63,240 bases of DNA, filler included, from Octopus bimaculoides (GCF_001194135.2; 8 parts of 7 records of this genome joined end to end with filler, not necessarily neighbours in it), one strand, 5' to 3'; shown: positions 38,201 to 50,358, counted from the whole stretch's first letter. Numbers and translations: made by a program. The notes: a model not told the origin generated them from the letters alone.

Positions 38201-38637
38201 GCGGTGACTACGACGCTGACGATGACTTTTCCGTTGTCACTGAAAATTGTTGAAAGGGTAATGGCGGTGTTTCACTTTTTGTGAGATTGGCTACTTACAA
38301 TAGTCACTTATACAAATGACGAGCAGTCACTTTCACTGAGTCCTAGACATTGAATGATTAACCCCTTCTTGAGATATTTTTTTGCAGGCTGCCTTTCAAA
38401 TTTGCCCCCTATATTTTTTTTCTTTTCAAAAATCTCGAATAGTAACTTTAAAACTGAGGAAAAACAAGGTAACTAAGCAGACCATGTGGAGGGTGGTACA
38501 CTGATACACAAACGATATAACAAATTTCAGCATTAACACATTTTTGAAGACAACTGACAAATTGCCTTTGGGCGCGTTTGACTAATGCAGACACTAACAA
38601 TAGTAACATTAGCAACAACAGTGACAACACAAACGAT

Positions 38638-38639
<2 letters not shown>

Positions 38640-38722
<83 letters not shown>
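38640..38722. repeat. (CAG)/(TAG)n microsatellite
   Basis: Direct reading. Confidence 0.95.
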
Positions 38723-38734
38723 ATGGTTTCAAAT

Positions 38735-39047
38735 TTTGGTACAAAGCCAGCAATTTTGGGTGAGGGAGTAAGTCGATTGCATCGACCCTAGTGTTCAACT
38801 GGTATTTATTTTATCGACTCCGAAAGGATGAAAGGCAAAGTCGAACTCAGACCGTAAAGACGGAGGAAATGCTGTTGAGCATTCTGTTCGGCGTGCTAAC
38901 GATTCTGCCAGCTCGCTGCTTAAATAATAATGATAATAATCTTTCTAGCCCTGAAATTTGGAGAAGGGGGATAGTCGATTATAATGACGCCAATGCTCGA
39001 GTGGTAGTTATTACATTGGCCCCAAAAGGCAAAGTCGACCATGTCGA
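38735..39047 (-). mobile_element. SINE family A (38735-38922) plus a second partial copy (38941-39047)
   Basis: CCGAAAGGATGAAAGGCAAAGTCGA..GCTAACGATTCTGCCAGCTCG. Confidence 0.85.
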
Positions 39048-39063
39048 AATAATAATAATAAGA

Positions 39064-39125
<62 letters not shown>

Positions 39126-39803
39126 TGCCCGGATGCAGTACCAGGCAGTGGCTCACATGGCTTCTGATCTTAATTAATTGGAAGTGTTATCATGTACATN
39201 NNNNNNNNNNNNNNNNNNNNNNNNNNNNNNNNNNNNNNNNNNNNNNNNNNNNNNNNNNNNNNNNNNNNNNNNNNNNNNNNNNNNNNNNNNNNNNNNNNNN
39301 NNNNNNNNNNNNNNNNNNNNNNNNNNNNNNNNNNNNNNNNNNNNNNNNNNNNNNNNNNNNNNNNNNNNNNNNNNNNNNNNNNNNNNNNNNNNNNNNNNNN
39401 NNNNNNNNNNNNNNNNNNNNNNNNNNNNNNNNNNNNNNNNNNNNNNNNNNNNNNNNNNNNNNNNNNNNNNNNNNNNNNNNNNNNNNNNNNNNNNNNNNNN
39501 NNNNNNNNNNNNNNNNNNNNNNNNNNNNNNNNNNNNNNNNNNNNNNNNNNNNNNNNNNNNNNNNNNNNNNNNNNNNNNNNNNNNNNNNNNNNNNNNNNNN
39601 NNNNNNNNNNNNNNNNNNNNNCTGGGCCCCACCTGCGAGGTCATGCGCTGTTTATCCTGATATGAGATCACCATGTCGCGCACATATGGTTGTGATGCAT
39701 GTGCCTGGTGTACCCTTATCAGATGGGTTGTCATGATGGGTATAATGGGCTTCGTATATTTTAGTCCAGTGTCACTTTGATGACATGCACTGCCCTCTCA
39801 CTC
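39126..39803 (+). mobile_element. Element X, both termini (centre in N gap 39200-39621), inserted in (AAT)n
   Basis: (AAT)n 39048-39124 | TGCCCGGATGCAGTACCAGG ... CTCTCACTC | (AAT)n 39804-39860. Confidence 0.85.
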
Positions 39804-39863
<60 letters not shown>

Positions 39864-39903
39864 AAGAAGAAGAAGAAGAAGAAGAAGAAGAAGAAGAAGA
39901 AGA

Positions 39904-40312
39904 ATACAGTGTGACCATCAGATCAGACATCGGAAACCTGACATTGTTATGGTGGACAAGAAAGAAAAAACTTGCATAATAATGGACGTAGCATGTCCCG
40001 GTGACAACAGGAGCAAAGGGAAAGAAGAAACCTAAACAACTATGACGATTTGAAGTGAGAAATGCGCAGGTTGCGACAATGAAGAGAGTGGACAGGATTG
40101 CCGTAGTAATTGGCGAGACTGAAAATATCAGCACTCAGCTACCAGCATGGCTCCAAAAAATGGGTACAACTGTAAAGAGAGAACTCTTGCAAAAATCATC
40201 ATCGTTTGGAATTACAAGAGTTCTCCACATGGTGTCAGCGTGGTCTGCTGCCTGTGGACAGCTGACACTTTCCATCGTACTCAGCAAAATAAGTTGAGAG
40301 CTTTCATCAAAT
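39904..40312 (+). mobile_element. R4/Dong-like LINE 3' end (RLE domain) with AAT-like tail
   Basis: IQCDHQIRHRKPDIVMVDKKEKTCIIMDVACPGDN..MKRVDRIAVVIG..ELLQKSS; frameshifted; tail ATGATAATAATAATACTAAT. Confidence 0.9.
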
Positions 40313-40340
40313 GATAATAATAATACTAATAATGATATAA

Positions 40341-40577
40341 TACAAATAGCCACAAAACACGAGCAAAACAAAAAACTGTTTTCAGTATTTAAGGAAGCTG
40401 ACAAATACAAACAAGAAATCATACTACCTAACAAATACGAAGAAGAAGAAGAAGAAACAACAAAAGCTATAAAACAAATGAAATCCAAACTAAAACTAGA
40501 ACAGCAACGGACCATGATAAAACGATGGCAAGAAAAGCCCCTACATGGTAAATACTGGGCTAAACTAAATGCGAAAG
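40341..40577 (+). mobile_element. Well-preserved R4/Dong-like ORF fragment (post-RT linker), 5'-truncated, runs into a scaffold gap
   Basis: Open frame QIATKHEQNKKLFSVFKEADKYK..IKRWQEKPLHGKYWAKLNAK (W..KPLHG.Y motif). Confidence 0.85.
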
Positions 40578-40677
40578 NNNNNNNNNNNNNNNNNNNNNNN
40601 NNNNNNNNNNNNNNNNNNNNNTTAATTAATTAANNNNNNNNNNNNNNNNNNNNNNNNNNNNNNNNNNNNNNNNNNNN
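40578..40677. other. Assembly linker N44-TTAATTAATTAA-N44 (12-mer also at 16119, 27253, 47633, 53106, 57311, 60530)
   Basis: Identical 12-mer with stops in all six frames, centred in 100-nt gaps. Confidence 0.95.
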
Positions 40678-41045
40678 CCATAGTGAATTGAATGTTGGGA
40701 TGTATGTTATTAAGAATGGATTTGAATTCTAGAAGTTTTTCATAGGGTTCATTCCATATGATGAAACAATCATCCAAATATCTTTTCCAGTTATCCATTA
40801 AAAAGCTGTGGAAAAGGTGTCCAAATTTCTGACGTGAGGTTTCATATAGTGTTAATTCAAAAAAACCCATTATGAGGTTCGCAAGGACTGGTGCAGCTTT
40901 AGTACCCATCGCGATACCACATTTTTGGCGAAAGTATGTGTCTGCAAACAGGAAGTAATTGTTGGTCAGAATGAACTTAAGTGATTCTATGATGAAAGTT
41001 GTGTTGATGCGATTAGGAAATGTTTCTGGGTGTTTGTGCAGTCAA
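40678..41045 (-). mobile_element. Penelope-like RT fragment with an open frame
   Basis: LHKHPETFPNRINTTFIIESLKFILTNNYFLFADTYFRQKCGIAMGTKAAPVLANLIMG..WKRYLDDCFIIW..LNNIHPNIQFTM. Confidence 0.85.
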
Positions 41046-41049
41046 TGGG

Positions 41050-41610
41050 CAGACAAAAACAAAATGCAACTGAACGAGGCAAAATTTGGATGAAAATCTA
41101 TACTAAAACAGCCATACTCTCTTCCTTCAGGGGAGCCACTCAGGGCATCTAATAATATCAGAGACATGGGTGTAATTGTTCATAACAATCTCAGTTGGAG
41201 CGCCCGCATTGACAATAAGGTCGATATAGCTCGTAGGATGAGCTCCTGGATCTTAAGAACCTTCCGGTCTAGAGAACAAGGTGTCATCATTTCACGTTTT
41301 TCTTCTCTTGTACAGCCACACCGCGAATACCGCTGCCCCTTGTGGTCTCCCCATACAAAAGAAAACATCTCGAGGATTGAATCACCCCAGAGGGCACTCA
41401 CTAAACGAATTGAATGCATAATTACTGGGACCGCCCCAAAGCCTAGAACCTCTGCTCTCTCCAGCGTCGCCGCGAGCGGTACATCATTTGTACGATGTGG
41501 AAAATATACCGCGAGCATTGCCCAAACGACCTGAACATTAGTTTCAAGTTTCATCCAAGGCTGGGACCACGGGCCATACGTCCCCTGCTCAATTGAAGAT
41601 CAAAACATTT
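41050..41610 (+). mobile_element. CR1-like LINE fragment (copy 2)
   Basis: RDMGVIVHNNLSWS..WILRTFRSRE..EYRCPLWSPHTKENISRIESPQRALTKRIE; same family as 14295-14947. Confidence 0.9.
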
Positions 41611-42292
41611 TAAAAGCAAGTTGCAAGGCACAGTTTTCCAACTTACAGAAACAACTACTGCTATTACAGCAACTGATGATGATGATGATGATGTACAATT
41701 ACTACTATTGCAACTACTTTTACTACTCGTAGTAGTTGTACCAGCCGTCACAGAGGTTGTGAATTTATATAGAGTAGCAATCCTTACTACTACTTACTGC
41801 TGCGGCTGTTACTGCAGTTGCTGCTGCTACTACTACCCCTTCTATAATTTCAACTACTACTACTTTCGATGGTATTGCTGTTGTTACAATTGAACTACTA
41901 CTATTAATGCTGTTGTTGTCACTACTTCTACTAATATTAATACTAATATTACCACTGTGATGGCTTATACAAAATATATTAAAGAATCTCCGTGACTGTC
42001 GTATGTTTTAACGAATTGAGTAATTTGTGAAATGATTAATTGACTGGGAGCAATGTCAAACGGTTTTGTTTCAAAATGGCAGACGTGATAGCTGATATTA
42101 AAACTATTAATGCGTTGTTTCCCTTAATGGTGGCGGAAAGGTGTCTAGATATCACAATCAGAATTATGCTTTCGTTGCTTGGATAAGTCTGCATTAAATA
42201 GATAAGCAATTCAATAATGAGAGGTGGTGTTAAGCATTAGCAGTCATGGAAGGAATGACGATGTGATTTTATAAGCATTTACGTTATTGGTA

Positions 42293-42458
42293 CAAGCGTG
42301 GCTGTGTAGTAAGAATTTGCTTCCTAATCACATGGTTCCGGGTTCAGTCTCACTGCATGGAAACTTGTGTAAGTCTCTTCTGCTATAATTTCGGGCCAAC
42401 CAAAGCCTTGCGAGTGGATTTGGTATACGGAAACTGAAAGACCACTGTGGTGTGTATA
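42293..42458 (+). mobile_element. SINE family D, 5' half
   Basis: GTGGCTGTGTAGTAAG..CACATGGTTCCGGGTTCAGTC..GGAAACTGAAAGA. Confidence 0.9.
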
Positions 42459-42461
42459 TCG

Positions 42462-42621
42462 AGGCACTCCGTCGGTTACGACGACGAGGATTCCAATTGA
42501 TCAGATCAACGGAACAACTTGCTCGTGAAATTTACGTGCAAGTGGCTGAGCACTCTACAGACACGTGCACCGTTTACGTAGTTCTCGGGGAGATTCAGAT
42601 TGACAAACAGTGTTACGAGGC

Positions 42622-42622
<1 letters not shown>
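42462..42622 (-). mobile_element. SINE family C tail fragment abutting the D 5' half
   Basis: GGCACTCCGTCGGTTACGACG..GTGGCTGAGCACTC. Confidence 0.9.
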
Positions 42623-42662
<40 letters not shown>

Positions 42663-42672
42663 CATACATACA

Positions 42673-42705
<33 letters not shown>

Positions 42706-42920
42706 GCATACAAAAATACCCTGTTGTTGATGTTGAAATTTTAATGAAGGAGCCTTGGATCTAGGTCAGAAACTGGCTCTTTCTTTATTGGCAAGAAATC
42801 TTGAAATAAAAGGGAACAACAGCTCACATACATATGCATATCTATCTATACATATACTTATACGTATATAGTTATGTATTTATATTATATATGTGTTATT
42901 TGCAGATACGTATATACATA

Positions 42921-43300
42921 TAGGCGCGCGAGTGGCTGTGTGGTAAGTAACTTGCTTACCAACCACATGGTTCCAGTTTCGGTCCCATTGCGTGGACCTT
43001 TGGCAAGTGTATTTGGGCCGACCAAAGTCTTGTGAGTGAATTTGGTAGACGGAAACTGAAAGAAGCACGTCGTATATTTATACATGTGTGTGTGTTTGTG
43101 TATCTGTGTCTGTACCCCACCATCACTTGACAACCGATATTAGTGCGTTTACGTCCCCGTGATATAGCCGTTCGGCAAAAGATCGATAGAATAAGTACTA
43201 CGCTTACAAAGAATAAATCCTGGGGTCGATTTTGTTCGACTACAGGTTGTGCCCCAGCATGGCCGCAGTCAAATGACTGAAACAAATAAAAGAATAAAAG
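42921..43300 (+). mobile_element. SINE family D, full length
   Basis: A box TGGCTGTGTGG, tRNA-like head, short internal TA/TG tract, core GATAGAATAAGTACTA..CTGGGGTCGAT, tail CCCCAGCATGGCCGCAGTCAAATGACTGAAAC. Confidence 0.95.
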
Positions 43301-43317
43301 ATACATACATACGTAGG

Positions 43318-43348
<31 letters not shown>

Positions 43349-44257
43349 NNNNNNNNNNNNNNNNNNNNNNNNNNNNNNNNNNNNNNNNNNNNNNNNNNNN
43401 NNNNNNNNNNNNNNNNNNNNNNNNNNNNNNNNNNNNNNNNNNNNNNNNNNNNNNNNNNNNNNNNNNNNNNNNNNNNNNNNNNNNNNNNNNNNNNNNNNNN
43501 NNNNNNNNNNNNNNNNNNNNNNNNNNNNNNNNNNNNNNNNNNNNNNNNNNNNNNNNNNNNNNNNNNNNNNNNNNNNNNNNNNNNNNNNNNNNNNNNNNNN
43601 NNNNNNNNNNNNNNNNNNNNNNNNNNATATATATATATATATATAATATGTACCTAATATCTGTACCTAATATCTGTGCACGTGCGTCTGTAGTTGCTTA
43701 AATTCATGACCAATGAATACTTCTAACCAGCTCAAAGCTAATGTCATATAGACAGGTGAAATATCACCCTCATATAAAATGTGTATGCTCCTGCGTAGGG
43801 TTGCACACGTTAGATAGTGCGGAGAGGTTATAATGCAAAATCAATAAAAATATAGATAAAGATAGAATAAAAAAGGAAGTGCTGATATTTGTGCCAATCG
43901 ATAATGATTCCAAATGAAGGTGCACAAAATTAAAGCAAAATTCCAATTTCGTAGCATTGATTTTTCTGTCTTCAAATTTAGGAAATTTAGTGTTCACTTT
44001 CGTATGCCCCTATATATATAAGATTTATACAGAGAATTATTGAGAAATGATGACTAGAAAATTAAATAGAACATTCCTACACTCTTTTAGAGAAATATTT
44101 TCCCCAAAGAAATATAATCATTCCATACATAAATTTTCTGTCTCTCGTACACGCACACATTCATACACTCGCATGCACACAGAGACACACACACACACAC
44201 ACACATATTCATGCATGCATACATACATACATACATACATACATATACATTTACATA

Positions 44258-44296
<39 letters not shown>

Positions 44297-44429
44297 TATA
44301 TATGGTATATATGTATGTAAGTATTTATGAAGGTAGGTCGGTTGGTAGGTAGGTAGGTAGGTATGTAGGTAGGTAGGTAGGTAGGTATGAATAGATTTAT
44401 ATGTTTATATACAAATGCAAATATATATT

Positions 44430-44546
<117 letters not shown>

Positions 44547-45479
44547 AAGAGAATAAAGGAAAAGAGAGAAAGGAAGAAGGTAGAGCGGGAAAGAGAATTT
44601 ATGCAGGGAATGAATATACTTTTCAGGAAAATATTCCTCTGAAAGTAAGTAGAAAAGATATTCTTTTTAATTTTCAACCTATCGTATTTCAATAATTCAG
44701 CGCATACGTGCCGAAAAGGAATAAATACGTATATGATGGGAACTCTTCAATTGCTTGCCAGGAAGGTGTATGTAGCTGTCGTAGAATTCCAACGTATTTA
44801 TTAGGTTTCACTTCGTCTTTGTCTCCATAATTTCTCATTCTCTATAAGCATAATAAATGTATGCGTATGTATATATGTGTGTATATATACATATATATGT
44901 ATATAATTACTCATACATATATGCATGTATGCACACACCATTCTAGCTTTGTATGCATATATCTGTCTACATATCACTCTATCTATCGTGCCTTCCCATG
45001 ACACAATGGCTGAGAAATAAACCATAACAAACTATAATTAATGAATAAACCGGATGACACGTGACCTCATTTGAAAGACAATATCTTAATCGATAATTCA
45101 GTAACATGTTTAGCTTTGATATCATGATCAGCTATAAAGCGTACAGAGACGGCAATTTTGACTGATGGCAGTCGTCAATATTTAATTCAAAATCCAAGAC
45201 ATCGACGCCAAATACAATAGAACATACAAATCTAACCATCCTGTGCCAGTTATTGTTTCCTCACAATTTCAAGTTCGTATCCTTCAGGTTGATAACGAAA
45301 ATTTACATATAAATATAAAATTAGTAACAAAAGAACATAATGCAAATATAAAGCCTCACTACTATTGTGTATTTCAAAAATTCAAAATAGCAGAGTACTT
45401 CGTCACGAAGACTGCTCGTCCCGTTGAGTGCCAATAAATACTTAAGCCGCCACCACATATTAATTCTGTACTAAATTTG

Positions 45480-46250
45480 TTAGGCCCACAGTAGAATTAG
45501 GCTCACATCTCTCGGAAAGTGCGGATGCTTCATACAAAGACATTCTAGATCGCTTTTAGAAAAAGACCTCCTGAGTGATTGGCACATAGGTGCAGTCTCC
45601 TAAGTCTCTTCTTCTTAACTTTATTACACTGCTCCAGCTGCGCAAAGTTGTTCGATCACGTGCTCCACCCACTCAAGCAATCCCAAATCTCATCACTCAT
45701 ACTACACAAAACAAGTCCACTCAGACAACTACCTCCAGTCTTTCCACCCCAGACCATTAACCCCTCTGAACTTTCTCCCTGCACATATAGCTATGACACA
45801 TCCCAAAGACTAGTCTTTCAGTTCGGATATCTCATTCCCAAAAGCAGTTGGAGTACTGTTCTCTTGTCTGGAAGCGTACCGTTCCTGGAACTGATGCGGA
45901 GAAAAGCCACATATCTGATTCGCATTCAATAACAAACAGACAGACGGCAGCCTCTGGCCGAGCGACGTACTGTTTCTTGTTTCCGTCTTTCTAAACGCTA
46001 CTATGATGATCTGATGCTTGAAAGCGCTTGGTCTGGTATTTTCACCGCTCAGTCACAGCCGCATCATTCGTCAATCTTTACTTCTCGTCTCCCTGGTTGC
46101 GTCCAACTATCCATTTATCTTCCACACATCACCGATCCCGTAGAAACCCCTGTGTGTATTTCTTTCTCTTCACAACGTCGGTGATTTAGAGTTTCCTGAC
46201 TGCTCATATCTCCCCTGCATGAGTGGACTTGCAACAGTTTAAACGGAATA
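45480..46250 (+). mobile_element. Degraded CR1/L2/Jockey-like LINE 3' region
   Basis: QLEYCSLVW (~45845), QPLAERRTVS..RYY (~45950-46000), DLQQFKRNI (~46230); same broad type as 1400-2600. Confidence 0.7.
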
Positions 46251-46461
46251 TTGTACTGACGGTATCAACCTTACTGGTTTCAGAAATACTGCAACGGCCA
46301 TGATAGCCCACCGCCACTCCTTCCAAATTCAGCAAGTAAATATGTGCATGTATCTAAGTGAGTACGTATGAGGGAGATTTTTGTAAGCACATGTGTACTT
46401 GTGGGTCTGTGCATGTGTGAGGGTGAGAGAATCAAAGTGGAAATATTTTAATGCATGTTAC

Positions 46462-46664
46462 TCTTTTACTTGTTTCAGTCTTTTGACTGTGGCCATGGTG
46501 GTGCACCGCCTTTAGTCGAGCAAATCGACCCCTGGACTTATTCTTTGGAAGCCTAGTACTTATTCTATCGGTCGCTTTCCCCGAACCGCTAAGTTACGGG
46601 TACGTAAACACACCAGCATCGGTTGTCAATCGATGTTGGGGGGGGACAAAGACAGACACACAAG

Positions 46665-46703
<39 letters not shown>

Positions 46704-47058
46704 NNNNNNNNNNNNNNNNNNNNNNNNNNNNNNNNNNNNNNNNNNNNNNNNNNNNNNNNNNNNNNNNNNNNNNNNNNNNNNNNNNNNNNNNNNNNNNNNN
46801 NNNNNNNNNNNNNNNNNNNNNNNNNNNNNNNNNNNNNNNNNNNNNNNNNNNNNNNNNNNNNNNNNATATATATATATATATATATATACATATATACGAC
46901 GGGTTTCTTTCAGTTTCCGTCTACCAAATCCACTCACAAGGCTTTGGTCGGTCCGAGGCTATAGTAGAAGACACTTGCCCAAGATACCACGCAGTGGGAA
47001 TGAACCCGGAACCATGTGGTTGGTAAGCAAGCTACTTACTACACAACCACTCCTACGC
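46462..47058 (-). mobile_element. SINE family D, full length, with an expanded internal microsatellite/gap
   Basis: Both halves match 42921-43300; central (CA)n-N-(TA)n. Confidence 0.95.
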
Positions 47059-47539
47059 CTATGTTAGTTTATAATTCGCAACAACATCTGAATATTAATT
47101 GAAAAGTAAATGAAAATATATTTCATATAAATTAATATTTGAGAAATATTAATATCGACAACATAAATAGAGAATTTAACGTTGTGATGACTGAGAGGCG
47201 CATATTCGATACGTGTGATGGGGGTAATCTTTATTTAAACGGACGAATATGAACGAAATTAGCTGGCGCAAATATATACATGCTCGAAGCCCAATATATA
47301 TTTATATTCGATAGCAAATACTCAAGGGCACACGCACGTCGATGCAAGAATATAAGCCTTTCGACAAATTTAAATATGTCCACATATATAAATCATATAA
47401 TTGGATTAATTTCATTTTGATAGGAACGTTTTGACTATTCTATTTCAAGGTCAAGTTTCCAAAAAATGCTTAACATAATTGGATTTCAAGCTGTTACAAG
47501 TTCTTTTCAGTACATCTCAGTATGTAGGAATCTACATAA

Positions 47540-47588
<49 letters not shown>

Positions 47589-47713
47589 NNNNNNNNNNNN
47601 NNNNNNNNNNNNNNNNNNNNNNNNNNNNNNNNTTAATTAATTAANNNNNNNNNNNNNNNNNNNNNNNNNNNNNNNNNNNNNNNNNNNNATATACATACAG
47701 CCATATATATATA

Positions 47714-47749
<36 letters not shown>

Positions 47750-49062
47750 TATACATACATATGTATATATGTATATATAAATATATGTTCATGTATATAA
47801 GTATATATGTATAAATATATGTGCACACACACACACTCACGCACGCATGCACACACAAACATACACACGTATACATGCACTTATACTCGGTGAGGGCGCG
47901 CGTAAACATAAGCACTATTTGCGTGTGTCTGTATATGCATATATTTGTGCATATGCGCATGTTGATGTCTTTGTGCGTTGCTCTAGTTATGTGTAAAACC
48001 GCTGTGTTACGTGTCTGGATGAACGTGCGTAGATTGAACAAGTGTGTTTACATGGCTATGTTATCTATGCCAAACACAACTATAAAACCGGCTTTAGACA
48101 GAGATAAGTTTAGCGGCTATCATTCATGTAGCGTTTTATTTCATTTTACTTTATTCCTATTTTTCTTTTTTTCCTTTTAGAATAAACAATAAATAAATAA
48201 AAAAACACAGAGGAAACAATAAAAAAAAAAAGAAATCTAGAATCCTTGAATATAATTTCTTTTCATATTTCTTTCCTCTTTATAGAATATTGTTTTTTCC
48301 CCTTCTCAATTTCGTATTAGCCAAATAGGCTATAAATTATAAGATATTCGCCGCAGACGTTAAATCATGTAACATTGCATTGGTTTATAATGGTTTCTTT
48401 CTTCTNNNNNNNNNNNNNNNNNNNNNNNNNNNNNNNNNNNNNNNNNNNNNNNNNNNNNNNNNNNNNNNNNNNNNNNNNNNNNNNNNNNNNNNNNNNNNNN
48501 NNNNNNNNNNNNNNNNNNNNNNNNNNNNNNNNNNNNNNNNNNNNNNNNNNNNNNNNNNNNNNNNNNNNNNNNNNNNNNNNNNNNNNNNNNNNNNNNNNNN
48601 NNNNNNNNNNNNNNNNNNNNNNNNNNNNNNNNNNNNNNNNNNNNNNNNNNNNNNNNNNNNNNNNNNNNNNNNNNNNNNNNNNNNNNNNNNNNNNNNNNNN
48701 NNNNNNNNNNNNNNNNNNNNNNNNNNNNNNNNNNNNNNNNNNNNNNNNNNNNNNNNNNNNNNNNNNNNNNNNNNNNNNNNNNNNNNNNNNNNNNNNNNNN
48801 NNNNNNNNNNNNNNNNNNNNNNNNNNNNNNNNNNNNNNNNNNNNNNNNNNNNNNNNNNNNNNNNNNNNNNNNNNNNNNNNNNNNNNNNNNNNNNNNNNNN
48901 NNNNNNNNNNNNNNNNNNNNNNNNNNNNNNNNNNNNNNNNNNNNNNNNNNNNNNNNNNNNNNNNNNNNNNNNNNNNNATATATATATATTTCCACTTCCA
49001 GCATATAACCACACCCGTGCTATTGGTGATATTTTTCTTTCTCTGGATTTTCCCCGCTTTCC

Positions 49063-49095
49063 TTTCTGATAAAGAGCTATGCTCGAAACGTCAAA
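49063..49095 (+). ncRNA. Degenerate minimal type I hammerhead ribozyme motif (G8>A), probably in a Penelope-type terminal repeat remnant (~48985-49170)
   Basis: TTT-CTGATAA-A-GAGC-TAT-GCTC-GAAA-CGTC-AAA: core, perfect 4-bp stem II, palindromic ACGT stem III, GUC triplet, 3-bp stem I. Confidence 0.6.
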
Positions 49096-49587
49096 ACCCC
49101 TCTCTTTTTTTCTACCTCTACCGAGAGTCAAATTGATACATTCCTTGTGCGCGCCCTCTTGTCTTGTTATTGTTATTTTTATTACATCGATACATAGAAG
49201 CATATATGTATATATATAATGCATATATACATACGTATATGTACATACTTACAACTATACGTATATATATGTATATGCATATGTGGTCACAGGACGTCAT
49301 GAAACGTGTGCAACAAAAATACGAAGTACGAGTACATGGAATATGAACTATTTTTTCGAACAACGAAATACACATATGGAAAACAAAACAAACAACATAA
49401 AGAACGACCCTTCATCAGTTGTTGGCTATTTTTCTACTCTCTTATTTCGAGCTTTTAACAACAATATACGCTTTCGATAAAACAGTTGCTCTCGCAAAGC
49501 CAATTAAATAAAATTTGGGATTTTGTGGATGGTCAAAATTGGTAACATAAACAAGACAGTAAAAACAAACAGGAAGGGCTGCTAAAC

Positions 49588-49665
49588 CTAAACGAGGTTG
49601 TGGTGGCGAACGCATAAATCAAGCTTGTACTGGAGACAGAGAAGAACACGTCTTCCTTGTTCCAG
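49588..49665 (-). CDS. Candidate 78-nt symmetric exon (WNKEDVFFSVSSTSLIYAFATTTSF), host unknown
   Basis: CTAAC branch-like site, long pyrimidine tract, GTTGTAG acceptor, weak AG|GTTTAG donor. Confidence 0.25.
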   Translation of the reverse strand: MEQGRRVLLCLQYKLDLCVRHHNLV

Positions 49666-49914
49666 CTACAACGGAGAGAAAGAAAGAAACACAAGTTAGG
49701 AGAAGAGCGAAAGATGGCTGATGGTCATGTGGGAGCCACGTGAGCAAAGGAGGGGGAGTGAGGGAGAGAGAGTGACAGATTAATAGGAAAGAAAAGTGGG
49801 AGAAGAGGAGGTAAAAGAATAAGAGAGAGAAAGTGAGAGAAAAAAGATCGTCTTGAGTGCGCATGAGAATTATTAAATAAAACTTACTTGGAAGAGGATG
49901 CATGGCGTTCAATC

Positions 49915-49970
<56 letters not shown>

Positions 49971-50303
49971 TATATATATATATATATGTGTANNNNNNNN
50001 NNNNNNNNNNNNNNNNNNNNNNNNNNNNNNNNNNNNNNNNNNNNNNNNNNNNNNNNNNNNNNNNNNNNNNNNNNNNNNNNNNNNNNNNNNNNNNNNNNNN
50101 NNNNNNNNNNNNNNNNNNNNNNNNNNNNNNNNNNNNNNNNNNNNNNNNNNNNNNNNNNNNNNNNNNNNNNNNNNNNNNNNNNNNNNNNNNNNNNNNNNNN
50201 NNNNNNNNNNNNNNNNNNNNNNNNNNNNNNNNNNNNNNNNNNNNNNNNNNNNNNNNNNNNNNNNNNNNNNNNNNNNNNNNNNNNNNNNTATACATATATA
50301 CAT

Positions 50304-50358
<55 letters not shown>

